Source of the DNA: Candidatus Hodarchaeota archaeon
GTDB lineage: Archaea; Asgardarchaeota; Heimdallarchaeia; Hodarchaeales; Hodarchaeaceae
Length of the DNA: 11,481 nt
Assembly: GCA_016840035.1 (NCBI GenBank)
Contig: JAEOTC010000274.1
Coordinates: 1-11,481, forward strand
Direction of reading: 5' to 3'
The notes beneath the pieces are model-generated. The model had not been told where the DNA came from. It was given only the letters and a program-made list of their open reading frames with translations, and did no database searches. The position numbers and the translations under genes were made by a program. Every line of letters begins with the position of its first letter. Within the stretch, counting starts at the first letter, position 1. This document shows positions 1-6,739 of the stretch, piece by piece.

Positions 1-5
1 AATTT

Positions 6-1547
6 GTGGAAAATATCGATCCTCCCACAGGAAATGGTAATGCAAGTTATAACCAAGTAAGATTTTTAGAACCGATTCCATTAAACTCGTTTATTCGACA
101 CAAGATTCTAAAAATGTTCATTGATATAGGTTTAGAAGATTTTCCTTCGCAAATTCTCATATCTATCATCCTTCATGGTGGCCAAATTAAGTCTACTACT
201 TTAGCAGCGGACCTTGATTGTAAACCTTCGCGGTTAGAGTTACCTGATGGATTTCCACGTTTAATCGATTTAAATCTAATTGCTAAATCGCACAATCGAC
301 CCAAAACAGTTATCCTAACCCTAGAGATTGAGGATTTATTGAATCGATTAGAAACACGAGCTTTGATTCCAGAGGCCTTTCTTTCACCTGAACTAGCCCA
401 AGAGATTCTCCATAAGTTGGAGAAAAAAGGAGCAATCCCTCAAAAAAACAAAAAAACCTCGAAAAATGAGAATGATAAGAAATCTGATGAATTTCCCTTT
501 CTCTTGAAATATTACACGAATTTAGAAAGATTATGTGCCTCTGTACCCTCCTTATTATCTATACTATTCTGTGTGTTTACATCCCTTTGGATGGAGGAGA
601 ACCAGGCCCTTATTTTAGCTAAATTAATTGTGAACGGAGGACAGGCCTCAAAAAGGGAATTCTATCTTGAACAAATCAAAAATTTTGATCCTCAGTCCCT
701 AACCACAAATCTAAAATCCATAAAAACCGACTTGGCAGAAATAGGTTATTCACCAAAGAAGATAAAAGTCCTTAGTAAATCGGTGGAAACTTTTTATAAT
801 AAAAGGACTAACCAGTTTAAATTTTCTAGTGAACAGCTATTCAATCATACATTATCAGGGCTAGAGAAATATTGTCATTCAACATCTATGGGAGAGAAAG
901 GGGGAAAGCGAAAATTCTTAAACTTAACCTTAATTCAAACGCTTTCTCAATTAGCAGACGAGCTTTATCAAACTATTTCAATTTATTTTGATCAACATGC
1001 GACAGAAATGCATACTTTAAGAATGGCATATTCCAATGTAAGACTTGTAGATAGTGAGATCTTTCTTTCTACAATTGCGGATCCATCATCGACTCGCAGA
1101 AGGCTTGAAACAGATTTAGCATATGCAAACCAGATTAGTTTAGTTCTTAATCATCCTTATTTCATAGACGATCTATTGCTGAAAATCTTTGATTCGGAGA
1201 AAATCGATTCAAAACTAGATTTAATTGTCGCAGAAGAACTTAAAGAGGAATTTTTGTCGATGTTGGCGGGATACAAATCTCAGTTACAAGGAAAACGAGG
1301 AATAACTCCTCAAGACATCGTTACGTTTACTCCATCAGATAAAATTCCCCAAGATGTACTAATGGGGAATACATTGATTCTATTCTATGAAGTGGGATCC
1401 TCCATGATTAGTATCCACGAAGAAATCACAAAGGAGAACCCAACAGAAATCAATACAATCCCTCATGATGTGAATCTGGCATTGGAGAAATATAACGAAC
1501 TAAAAGCTGAATATCCGAGACAATACGAGCTATTGAATCTGTTATAA
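6..1547 (+). CDS. TrmB-like transcriptional regulator with two tandem winged-helix domains and a putative C-terminal effector-binding domain; probably 5'-partial
   Basis: aa ~35-118 (MFIDIGLEDFPSQILISIILHGGQIKSTTLAADL...PRLIDLNLIAKSHNRPKTVILTLEIEDLLNRL) follows the TrmB wHTH pattern (xGL...ilxxLl..G...A..la......L...gLv......RPk.y....e.ll..L). aa ~187-325 repeats its start (FTSLWMEENQALILAKLIVNGGQASKREF). No in-frame stop lies before the GTG at 6, so the true start may be upstream of the window. Confidence 0.6.
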   Translation: MENIDPPTGNGNASYNQVRFLEPIPLNSFIRHKILKMFIDIGLEDFPSQILISIILHGGQIKSTTLAADLDCKPSRLELPDGFPRLIDLNLIAKSHNRPKTVILTLEIEDLLNRLETRALIPEAFLSPELAQEILHKLEKKGAIPQKNKKTSKNENDKKSDEFPFLLKYYTNLERLCASVPSLLSILFCVFTSLWMEENQALILAKLIVNGGQASKREFYLEQIKNFDPQSLTTNLKSIKTDLAEIGYSPKKIKVLSKSVETFYNKRTNQFKFSSEQLFNHTLSGLEKYCHSTSMGEKGGKRKFLNLTLIQTLSQLADELYQTISIYFDQHATEMHTLRMAYSNVRLVDSEIFLSTIADPSSTRRRLETDLAYANQISLVLNHPYFIDDLLLKIFDSEKIDSKLDLIVAEELKEEFLSMLAGYKSQLQGKRGITPQDIVTFTPSDKIPQDVLMGNTLILFYEVGSSMISIHEEITKENPTEINTIPHDVNLALEKYNELKAEYPRQYELLNLL

Positions 1548-1570
1548 ACAAAGGAGAAATTTAATCCCAT

Positions 1571-2143
1571 ATGAGTCATTTGAAGTCAACTGTTCGCGCT
1601 ATTGGATCCCCAATAAACTTGGTTTTCTGTGGTCTTGATTTCGCAGGTAAAACAGCGATGTACATCCGATTAAAGACGGGGAAATTTGTTGCCGATCTTA
1701 AACCTACACTTGCCTCTACCATGGATTCAATCTCATTGAAGGACGAAGACGGCTTATTAAATGCCACAATAATCGATTTAGGGGGTCAAGAAGCACTACG
1801 TGACCAATGGGAAGAATATTTGGGAAAATCGCATGCAATCATTTACGTGATTGATGCCAATGATTCATCTCGTTTTGAGGAATCGAAAGCAGAGTTCCAG
1901 AAAAGAATTGTACCTTTCATCTCTACAATCCCGTGTATTATTGTATGCAACAAGTTTGATCTATTGAAAGCTCAAAGGAAATCCAAAGATTCTTCCAAGC
2001 TTCCCCAAGAAACCGAAATGACCATAAAAGAAGCGTTGGCAGTCCCTGATGATTCACACTTTGCCATTTTGGTCGCTAGCCAAAAAACAGGTTACGGACT
2101 GCCCAAAGTGACTCGTTTGCTTCGTGAAATGGTAATGAATTAG
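1571..2143 (+). CDS. Arf/Arl-family small GTPase (Asgard Arf-related type)
   Basis: G1 GLDFAGKT (Arf: GLDxAGKT), G2 KPT46, G3 DLGGQ followed by the Arf-typical switch II LRDQWEEY, IYVIDAND..RFEES, G4 NKFD, G5 ASQKTG. Starts 23 nt after the previous stop, with AGGAG at 1552-1556. Confidence 0.92.
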   Translation: MSHLKSTVRAIGSPINLVFCGLDFAGKTAMYIRLKTGKFVADLKPTLASTMDSISLKDEDGLLNATIIDLGGQEALRDQWEEYLGKSHAIIYVIDANDSSRFEESKAEFQKRIVPFISTIPCIIVCNKFDLLKAQRKSKDSSKLPQETEMTIKEALAVPDDSHFAILVASQKTGYGLPKVTRLLREMVMN

Positions 2144-2147
2144 AAAC

Positions 2148-2177
2148 ATATCTCTGTAAAAGGTTTAAGAGAGATAT
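2148..2177. promoter_or_regulatory. Perfect 8-bp inverted repeat (ATATCTCT-N14-AGAGATAT); possible operator or hairpin
   Basis: Arms at 2148-2155 and 2170-2177 fill most of the 39-nt gap between the GTPase stop and the wHTH start codon. The function is inferred. Confidence 0.4.
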
Positions 2178-2182
2178 AACAA

Positions 2183-2626
2183 ATGACTCTTGAGAAAAAC
2201 TCTGAAAAAGATGTCTTATCAGGAAAAGCAATTGAAATCTATACTTATCTCCGTGAACATGGTCCTTCAGGTGTCCGTGAGATACAAAAGGCATTAAAAT
2301 TATCCTCCCCTTCATCAGTTTCATATCACATTAATAAAATGGTTCAAGCAGAGATTGTAGGTCAGAACACTGAGGGGAAGTATCAAATCACCAAGGAAGT
2401 AGAAACCGAAATCTTTAGGCTTCTGGATGACATGTTTTTCAGGTTTTGTTTATATTTATCGTATTTTGGTACAATCTTGGTATTGGTTACCTTTTTTCTT
2501 TTAATTGACGTGCGAATCCACTCTTTACTCCCGTTATTCTTTGTCATTTTTACATCAATTGGCACTGGAATATTTCTTTTTGAACTGTATTTAATATACC
2601 AGAAAAGATCCAAGTTGAAATTTTGA
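2183..2626 (+). CDS. Membrane-tethered winged-helix transcription regulator (N-terminal wHTH plus two C-terminal TM helices)
   Basis: LSGKAIEIYTYLREHGPSGVREIQKALKLSSPSSVSYHINKMVQAEIVGQNTEGKYQI is an archaeal ArsR-like wHTH. It is followed by two hydrophobic segments (FCLYLSYFGTILVLVTFFLLI; LLPLFFVIFTSIGTGIFLFELYLIY) and a basic tail. Confidence 0.85.
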   Translation: MTLEKNSEKDVLSGKAIEIYTYLREHGPSGVREIQKALKLSSPSSVSYHINKMVQAEIVGQNTEGKYQITKEVETEIFRLLDDMFFRFCLYLSYFGTILVLVTFFLLIDVRIHSLLPLFFVIFTSIGTGIFLFELYLIYQKRSKLKF

Positions 2627-2628
2627 AA

Positions 2629-2640
2629 CCTTTTCTTTTA
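2629..2640 (+). terminator. Possible archaeal oligo-T terminator
   Basis: CCTTTTCTTTTA directly follows the TGA at 2624-2626. Confidence 0.35.
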
Positions 2641-2706
2641 CCATTCAGGGAAAATTAAGATGAAAAAAGTTTTGTACTCTACTACTGAACAAAGTGTCCA
2701 AATCTA

Positions 2707-2753
2707 TTGTACAACTTGTACCACAGAATAGCTTTTTATTGGATCCAAGTTGT
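2707..2753 (+). promoter_or_regulatory. Putative promoter of the surface-protein gene, flanked by inverted repeats and palindromes
   Basis: TATA-like TTTTTATT at 2733-2740, ~50 nt before ATG 2789. ACAACTTG (2711-2718) and CAAGTTGT (2746-2753) are inverted arms on either side. Perfect palindromes TTGTACAA (2707-2714) and TTGGATCCAA (2739-2748). Confidence 0.45.
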
Positions 2754-2788
2754 GATATTAAGTAATAGATGAGTATGAGGATTTGTCA

Positions 2789-4333
2789 ATGAGCAGTGAC
2801 CTAAACAAAGTAAAACCATATGTTATCGTGGGCATAATATTAGGAATTATTAGCGTAAGTAGTGTCATTGTTTTATCGAATGGAGTTACCTTTGGACAAG
2901 TAGATGAAACCAATCAAATCGAAATTAATGATTTCTCAAATTTTCAACAACATCTAGATAATGAGATGATTACTAGCCAACATTCGTCTGACGAAATTTC
3001 ATTTGAGTATGAGGAAAAAGATCTTGTAGATGACGTTTATCTTGCAACATTTGATGATTACGGGAATTGTACCGATTTCAGCATCAATTTAACAATAGAT
3101 TATGAATATGAAGGAGGGAGTTCCATTTTAGGAACAGCATTTCTTAGACTTGGAAGCTATTATGCAGAAGATGGAAGTTCCTGGGATTTAAAACCTGAAA
3201 AAGGAGTACGGTCGAACGATAGTTATAGTTACTTATGTACATTATCGGTACGTGATGTTTGGACTGCAAGTGGTGGATTATATCGAATTGTGGGTCATCA
3301 AAACGATGTAAAAGATACATATGAAGAAACTAGTTCCTTTCCTCTTTCAGGTAGTGTGAATCTCTTTGCTAGCCGAGAAGGAAATGAAGTAACCTGTGAG
3401 ATACAAAAATCAACAGGCGAACTCTTACTTTCCCATACATGGACATACGGGATAACGAAACCCCTCAATTATATCGTTTTACAATATTATATGAAAAGTG
3501 GTTATGGGGACTATTGTCAGGTTGAATACAAACAAATCAAGTCATTTTTTTCGATATCACCAAATGAAATAGAAATTAGCTTTAATGATTATACGTCGTT
3601 TGAATTATGGTATGATTCCCCAACTATAATCAGTAAAAATGAAGGTACCTTTATTAATTTCATTTATGACAAAACGGGGCAATATGAAGGAGATACATAT
3701 ATCTATATGGTTTCAAATACCGAAACTGTCCATGATTTTTCAGTTAATGTCACAGTTGACTTTAATTATTCTGAACCTATGCTAGGTGCGGCATTATTCC
3801 GGCTAGGAAGTTATTATAGAGAGAATGGAAGTGAGTGGGGTATTCCCATTAAAAAAGGGGAGCGTATCACTGATGCATATAATTTTCTTAGTACACTCTC
3901 TGTTCGTGACGTTTGGGAAAGTAGTATTGGAACTTATCGATTGGTTGGATTGCCTTTTGACGAAAAAGATCCATATGAAAACCCCTTAGGGCAGTATTCA
4001 GGGACACTTATCTTTAGTATTATGCGTACAGACAATCTCCTTAACGCAAGAATTAGTAATGTGAATGGAGTAATTCTTCTAAATCATACTTGGACTGAAG
4101 GAGTATCAAGGGGGATTAATTACATTGTGATTGATTATTACTTATTCGTTAAATATGCTGATTCAACACGTATTTGTTTTCGAGATCTACAAGGTAGCTT
4201 TACACTTGAGATTGGAAACGATGGGATATTTCTGACTCCCTGGACGGGAATTTTGATAAATCTCGGAAGCATAATGATTGTACTTAAGCTTAAAAAAAGA
4301 AGGAGTAGAACAAATCCAGAAAAAAAGCATTAG
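2789..4333 (+). CDS. Cell-surface protein: N-terminal signal/TM, two tandem ~218-aa beta-rich domains, C-terminal TM anchor with basic tail
   Basis: Hydrophobic N-terminus KVKPYVIVGIILGIISVSSVIVL. RLGSYY, TLSVRDVW, HTWT.G and NYIV..YY each occur twice, ~218 aa apart. C-terminus TPWTGILINLGSIMIVLKLKKRR. Several N-x-S/T sequons. ATG 2789 (GAGG at 2777-2780) is preferred over TTG 2783. Confidence 0.8.
   Translation: MSSDLNKVKPYVIVGIILGIISVSSVIVLSNGVTFGQVDETNQIEINDFSNFQQHLDNEMITSQHSSDEISFEYEEKDLVDDVYLATFDDYGNCTDFSINLTIDYEYEGGSSILGTAFLRLGSYYAEDGSSWDLKPEKGVRSNDSYSYLCTLSVRDVWTASGGLYRIVGHQNDVKDTYEETSSFPLSGSVNLFASREGNEVTCEIQKSTGELLLSHTWTYGITKPLNYIVLQYYMKSGYGDYCQVEYKQIKSFFSISPNEIEISFNDYTSFELWYDSPTIISKNEGTFINFIYDKTGQYEGDTYIYMVSNTETVHDFSVNVTVDFNYSEPMLGAALFRLGSYYRENGSEWGIPIKKGERITDAYNFLSTLSVRDVWESSIGTYRLVGLPFDEKDPYENPLGQYSGTLIFSIMRTDNLLNARISNVNGVILLNHTWTEGVSRGINYIVIDYYLFVKYADSTRICFRDLQGSFTLEIGNDGIFLTPWTGILINLGSIMIVLKLKKRRSRTNPEKKH
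2912..4213 (+). repeat. Intragenic tandem domain duplication (approx. 2912-3556 and 3563-4213)
   Basis: Collinear protein-level repeats, e.g. DFSINLTIDYEY/DFSVNVTVDFNY, LGTAFLRLGSYYAEDGSSW/LGAALFRLGSYYRENGSEW, LCTLSVRDVW/LSTLSVRDVW, LLLSHTWTYG/ILLNHTWTEG. Confidence 0.9.
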
Positions 4334-4363
4334 AACCTGTTATCCTTCTGTAAAATATCAATA

Positions 4364-5200
4364 TTATGTCCAAGGAGGAAGCTCTTTAAGGATTTTTGGT
4401 GAAATAAATCGCTCAAATACAGGAATTGACAATAAGCCTACCACGATACCTGTGGACAATGCAATCAAATATGCAGCCATATTGTCAGAGGAGAGGGGAA
4501 GAATCCCTAATGTGGAGTTCCAAAATAAATGCCAGATCAAGGAAGGAAGTAAAGAACTAGTCTTATAATAATAGTACCCCCATGGAATTGCTACCAAGAA
4601 AGAAAATAAGCATAATACAAAAGTGTACAGAATTACCTCTGGTAAGGTCATTTCACCTATTACGTACTCCTTTAACGGAGTTGGAAAATGCCAAATTCCG
4701 AAGAAAAAGGCCTGAAGCAGATTTGCCTTCCAAAAATGTTTTTTCGTGACATCCAAAGATAAACGAAGGTATATTCCGCGAAATAGACTCTCTTCCATCA
4801 TCACATTTACAATATTAGTAACAAATGTAAAGTAAAGAAATGAGAGCGTTACTTCAGAAAGATCCCATGCTCCGAAATCCCCAGCAACAAAAGTGTGAAC
4901 GACACGCATAGTGACTATTGAAAGTAGAACAAACCCTAAGCTGAATAAGCAGTTATAAACGAAGTATTCCTTTTTAATACCGATATCCTTCAGCGTTTTC
5001 CCCATAAATATAAGTAGAAATATAATTAAAACAAAAGAAAATGATTTAGAAAGGAGAATATCTCCCCAATCCTCGTCTAAGGTTAACCAGAAGATATCAA
5101 GCATTTTAAAGAAAATGAAAAATACAAACAATCCTATCATTAGAATAAGTGATCGATTTTGATCGTAAAACGATCCCTGTTTTTGTGTTACTTCAGTCAT
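4364..5200 (-). CDS. CPBP-family intramembrane glutamic endopeptidase (Rce1/Abi, type II CAAX protease-like)
   Basis: All three motifs are present in a multi-TM protein: EESLFRG (EExxxR), FGIWH (FxxxH), HLFWN (HxxxN). Start placed at ATG 5200 (MTEVTQ), preceded by GGGGA; the ORF track start at 5251 is an alternative. Confidence 0.92.
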   Translation of the reverse strand: MTEVTQKQGSFYDQNRSLILMIGLFVFFIFFKMLDIFWLTLDEDWGDILLSKSFSFVLIIFLLIFMGKTLKDIGIKKEYFVYNCLFSLGFVLLSIVTMRVVHTFVAGDFGAWDLSEVTLSFLYFTFVTNIVNVMMEESLFRGIYLRLSLDVTKKHFWKANLLQAFFFGIWHFPTPLKEYVIGEMTLPEVILYTFVLCLFSFLVAIPWGYYYYKTSSLLPSLIWHLFWNSTLGILPLSSDNMAAYLIALSTGIVVGLLSIPVFERFISPKILKELPPWT

Positions 5201-5323
5201 TTGAATCCCCATAAAATATTGAAATCGAGAGTTGTAACAAGATTTCATCACTTAATAAGTTAGCTAGTGAGTGATAGAGTTCTCCCCACGACATGATTAT
5301 GAAAAAACTGGAGAATATGCCCT

Positions 5324-6085
5324 TTATCCTTCCTCAAAATCAGATTTTATCTCTGAAATCCGCCAGTGGGTTAATTCTAAATCTGTTTCTGCAACAAACA
5401 CAATTACAGAATAAGGAAAGACATTGAACATCAAACAATGAAAATCTCTTGAAAGAGCTATCTGAAAACTCTCAATGGGAAAAGCGGTACGATTAGACAA
5501 ATCTAGAATAGTCTTAAGAGCTTTTGAGACATCTTCACTATACACACTGAATTTTTCGTCAATAAGATGAGTATATATTTGACTCATTTCAGGCCGGGTG
5601 AAAATAAGCATGTTTTCAAACGTTTTATCACCATAGCTATGAATAGAATCTAATAATTTACTCAAGTTGGTAACATCGATGTGTGAAAAGGATTTGTAGG
5701 CTTGAGCACATTCTACCGCAAAATCATAGTGCTCTTGATGAATTAAGGAGCTACCAGTAGCGGTCTTTTCTAAATCATCTTTGAATTTTTCTTCGAATTG
5801 AGAGATCAATTTGACAATAAAGTTCTCAAAAGTCGGGCCTGATTGAAATGTAAAGAGAGTTCCATAGACATAATCACCCTCAACAAGAATCGCATTATAA
5901 TGCCCGTAATTCACCATTCTCGTTTCCCCCTGTCCTTCACCTTTGCCAAAAGTCTCTCCCATAACTTGCATTATTGCAGTGATTAATCCACCCCGTATTT
6001 CACTATTGAAAAGAGTATCAGGCCGAAATTCAAGAGTGAATAGGGGAATCCCACTTACTTTACTTGTAATTTCAATGCCTATCAT
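5324..6085 (-). CDS. Longin-like domain fused to a C-terminal roadblock/LC7-like domain
   Basis: The N-half (IGIEITSKVSGIPLFTLEF...IRGGLITAIMQVMGETFG...MVNYGHYNAILVEGDYVYGTLF...FIVKLISQFEEKF) has the b-b-a-b-b-b-a longin pattern with the SG.PLF, GG.lTAI and FEe.F hallmarks. The C-half (LSKLLDSI...NMLIFTR...VSKALKTILDLSNR...IESFQIAL..FHCLMF...SVIVFV...DLELTHWRISEI) fits the a-b-b-a-b-b-b-a roadblock pattern. ATG 6085 is preferred over TTG 6115. Confidence 0.7.
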   Translation of the reverse strand: MIGIEITSKVSGIPLFTLEFRPDTLFNSEIRGGLITAIMQVMGETFGKGEGQGETRMVNYGHYNAILVEGDYVYGTLFTFQSGPTFENFIVKLISQFEEKFKDDLEKTATGSSLIHQEHYDFAVECAQAYKSFSHIDVTNLSKLLDSIHSYGDKTFENMLIFTRPEMSQIYTHLIDEKFSVYSEDVSKALKTILDLSNRTAFPIESFQIALSRDFHCLMFNVFPYSVIVFVAETDLELTHWRISEIKSDFEEG

Positions 6086-6226
6086 GGAAAGGTCACTAGA
6101 AAAAATAAATCCCAAGAAGAATAATTATTTGAATTCAATCTTATTAATTAAGGATATCGAAATTTAGCCTTTTCGTTTAATTTTGCTTAATCTGAGAAAT
6201 CCGAGATAAAACAGGTTTCCCAAGAT

Positions 6227-6269
6227 CAGAAGGTTTATTAGCAAAAGGAAACTCTTTCAATAGGAGTGA
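6227..6269 (+). promoter_or_regulatory. Putative archaeal promoter (BRE plus TATA) and ribosome-binding site for the 6279-10023 unit
   Basis: Purine-rich CAGAAGG followed by TTTATTA (6234-6240), then AGGAGTGA (6262-6269) 9 nt before ATG 6279. Confidence 0.5.
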
Positions 6270-6278
6270 AAATTAAAA

Positions 6279-6674
6279 ATGACCCAGAATCAGAATCAAT
6301 TAGTAAGTAGACGCTATGAAGTTATATCAATCATTAAAATCGTGAAATGGACTTTTATTCCATATTTGTGTATTCAATTCTTACACTTCTTAGGTGCACT
6401 AGGGAAGGATCCAACAAATCTCCTTCAGGCAACTATCACATTCATTGGGATGAGTGGATGGGGATATTTAGTTGTAGGAGGGCCATTCGTACTGATTGGT
6501 ATGGGAGTAAATTATATTGTTAGTCAATCGCTCCTGATGAATATTCCACAAGATACAACCTTGTACGAGGCTGTTACCCAATCCACTATAATGGTTGGTA
6601 ATCTAAAAGTGATCCTTCCTCGGATAGAGGATGATATTGAAATTTTAGATGAGAATGAATTAGAAGAATGGTAA
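6279..6674 (+). CDS. Hypothetical small membrane protein (about 2 TM) with an acidic C-terminal tail ending in Trp
   Basis: Good SD. Hydrophobic segments at aa ~15-41 and ~52-82. Tail EDDIEILDENELEEW. No family recognised. Confidence 0.7.
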   Translation: MTQNQNQLVSRRYEVISIIKIVKWTFIPYLCIQFLHFLGALGKDPTNLLQATITFIGMSGWGYLVVGGPFVLIGMGVNYIVSQSLLMNIPQDTTLYEAVTQSTIMVGNLKVILPRIEDDIEILDENELEEW

Positions 6675-6739
6675 GAAATAGGAGGAGAGGAATTCTTCTC
6701 TCTATTCGAAATGTAAATTTCTCGAGGATGAGGTAAAAA

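Noticed and set aside
6-1547. ESCRT-II (Vps22/25/36) identity for the tandem winged-helix protein
   Set aside because: The motif pattern (GL…ILxxL..GG, RPK wing) fits TrmB-type wHTH better, and no ESCRT-III, Vps4 or ubiquitin genes are in the window.
1571-2143. SRbeta, Sar1 or Rab assignment, or a CAAX-type substrate for the nearby protease
   Set aside because: G3 is DLGGQ (not the His-containing SRbeta/Sar1 form or Rab DTAGQ), there is no TM anchor, and the C-terminus (EMVMN) has no Cys.
1576-2613. Short minus-strand ORFs 1576-1767, 2076-2324 and 2383-2613
   Set aside because: Antisense shadows of the well-supported GTPase and wHTH genes, with no recognisable motifs.
4278-4568. 96-aa plus-strand ORF
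   Set aside because: Overlaps the end of the surface-protein gene out of frame and lies antisense to the CPBP protease.
6120-6151. Adjacent palindromes AATAATTATT, TTGAATTCAA and TTAATTAA in the divergent promoter region
   Set aside because: Almost entirely A/T in an AT-rich intergenic region, so expected by chance. They may overlap the minus-strand TATA box but cannot be supported as operators.
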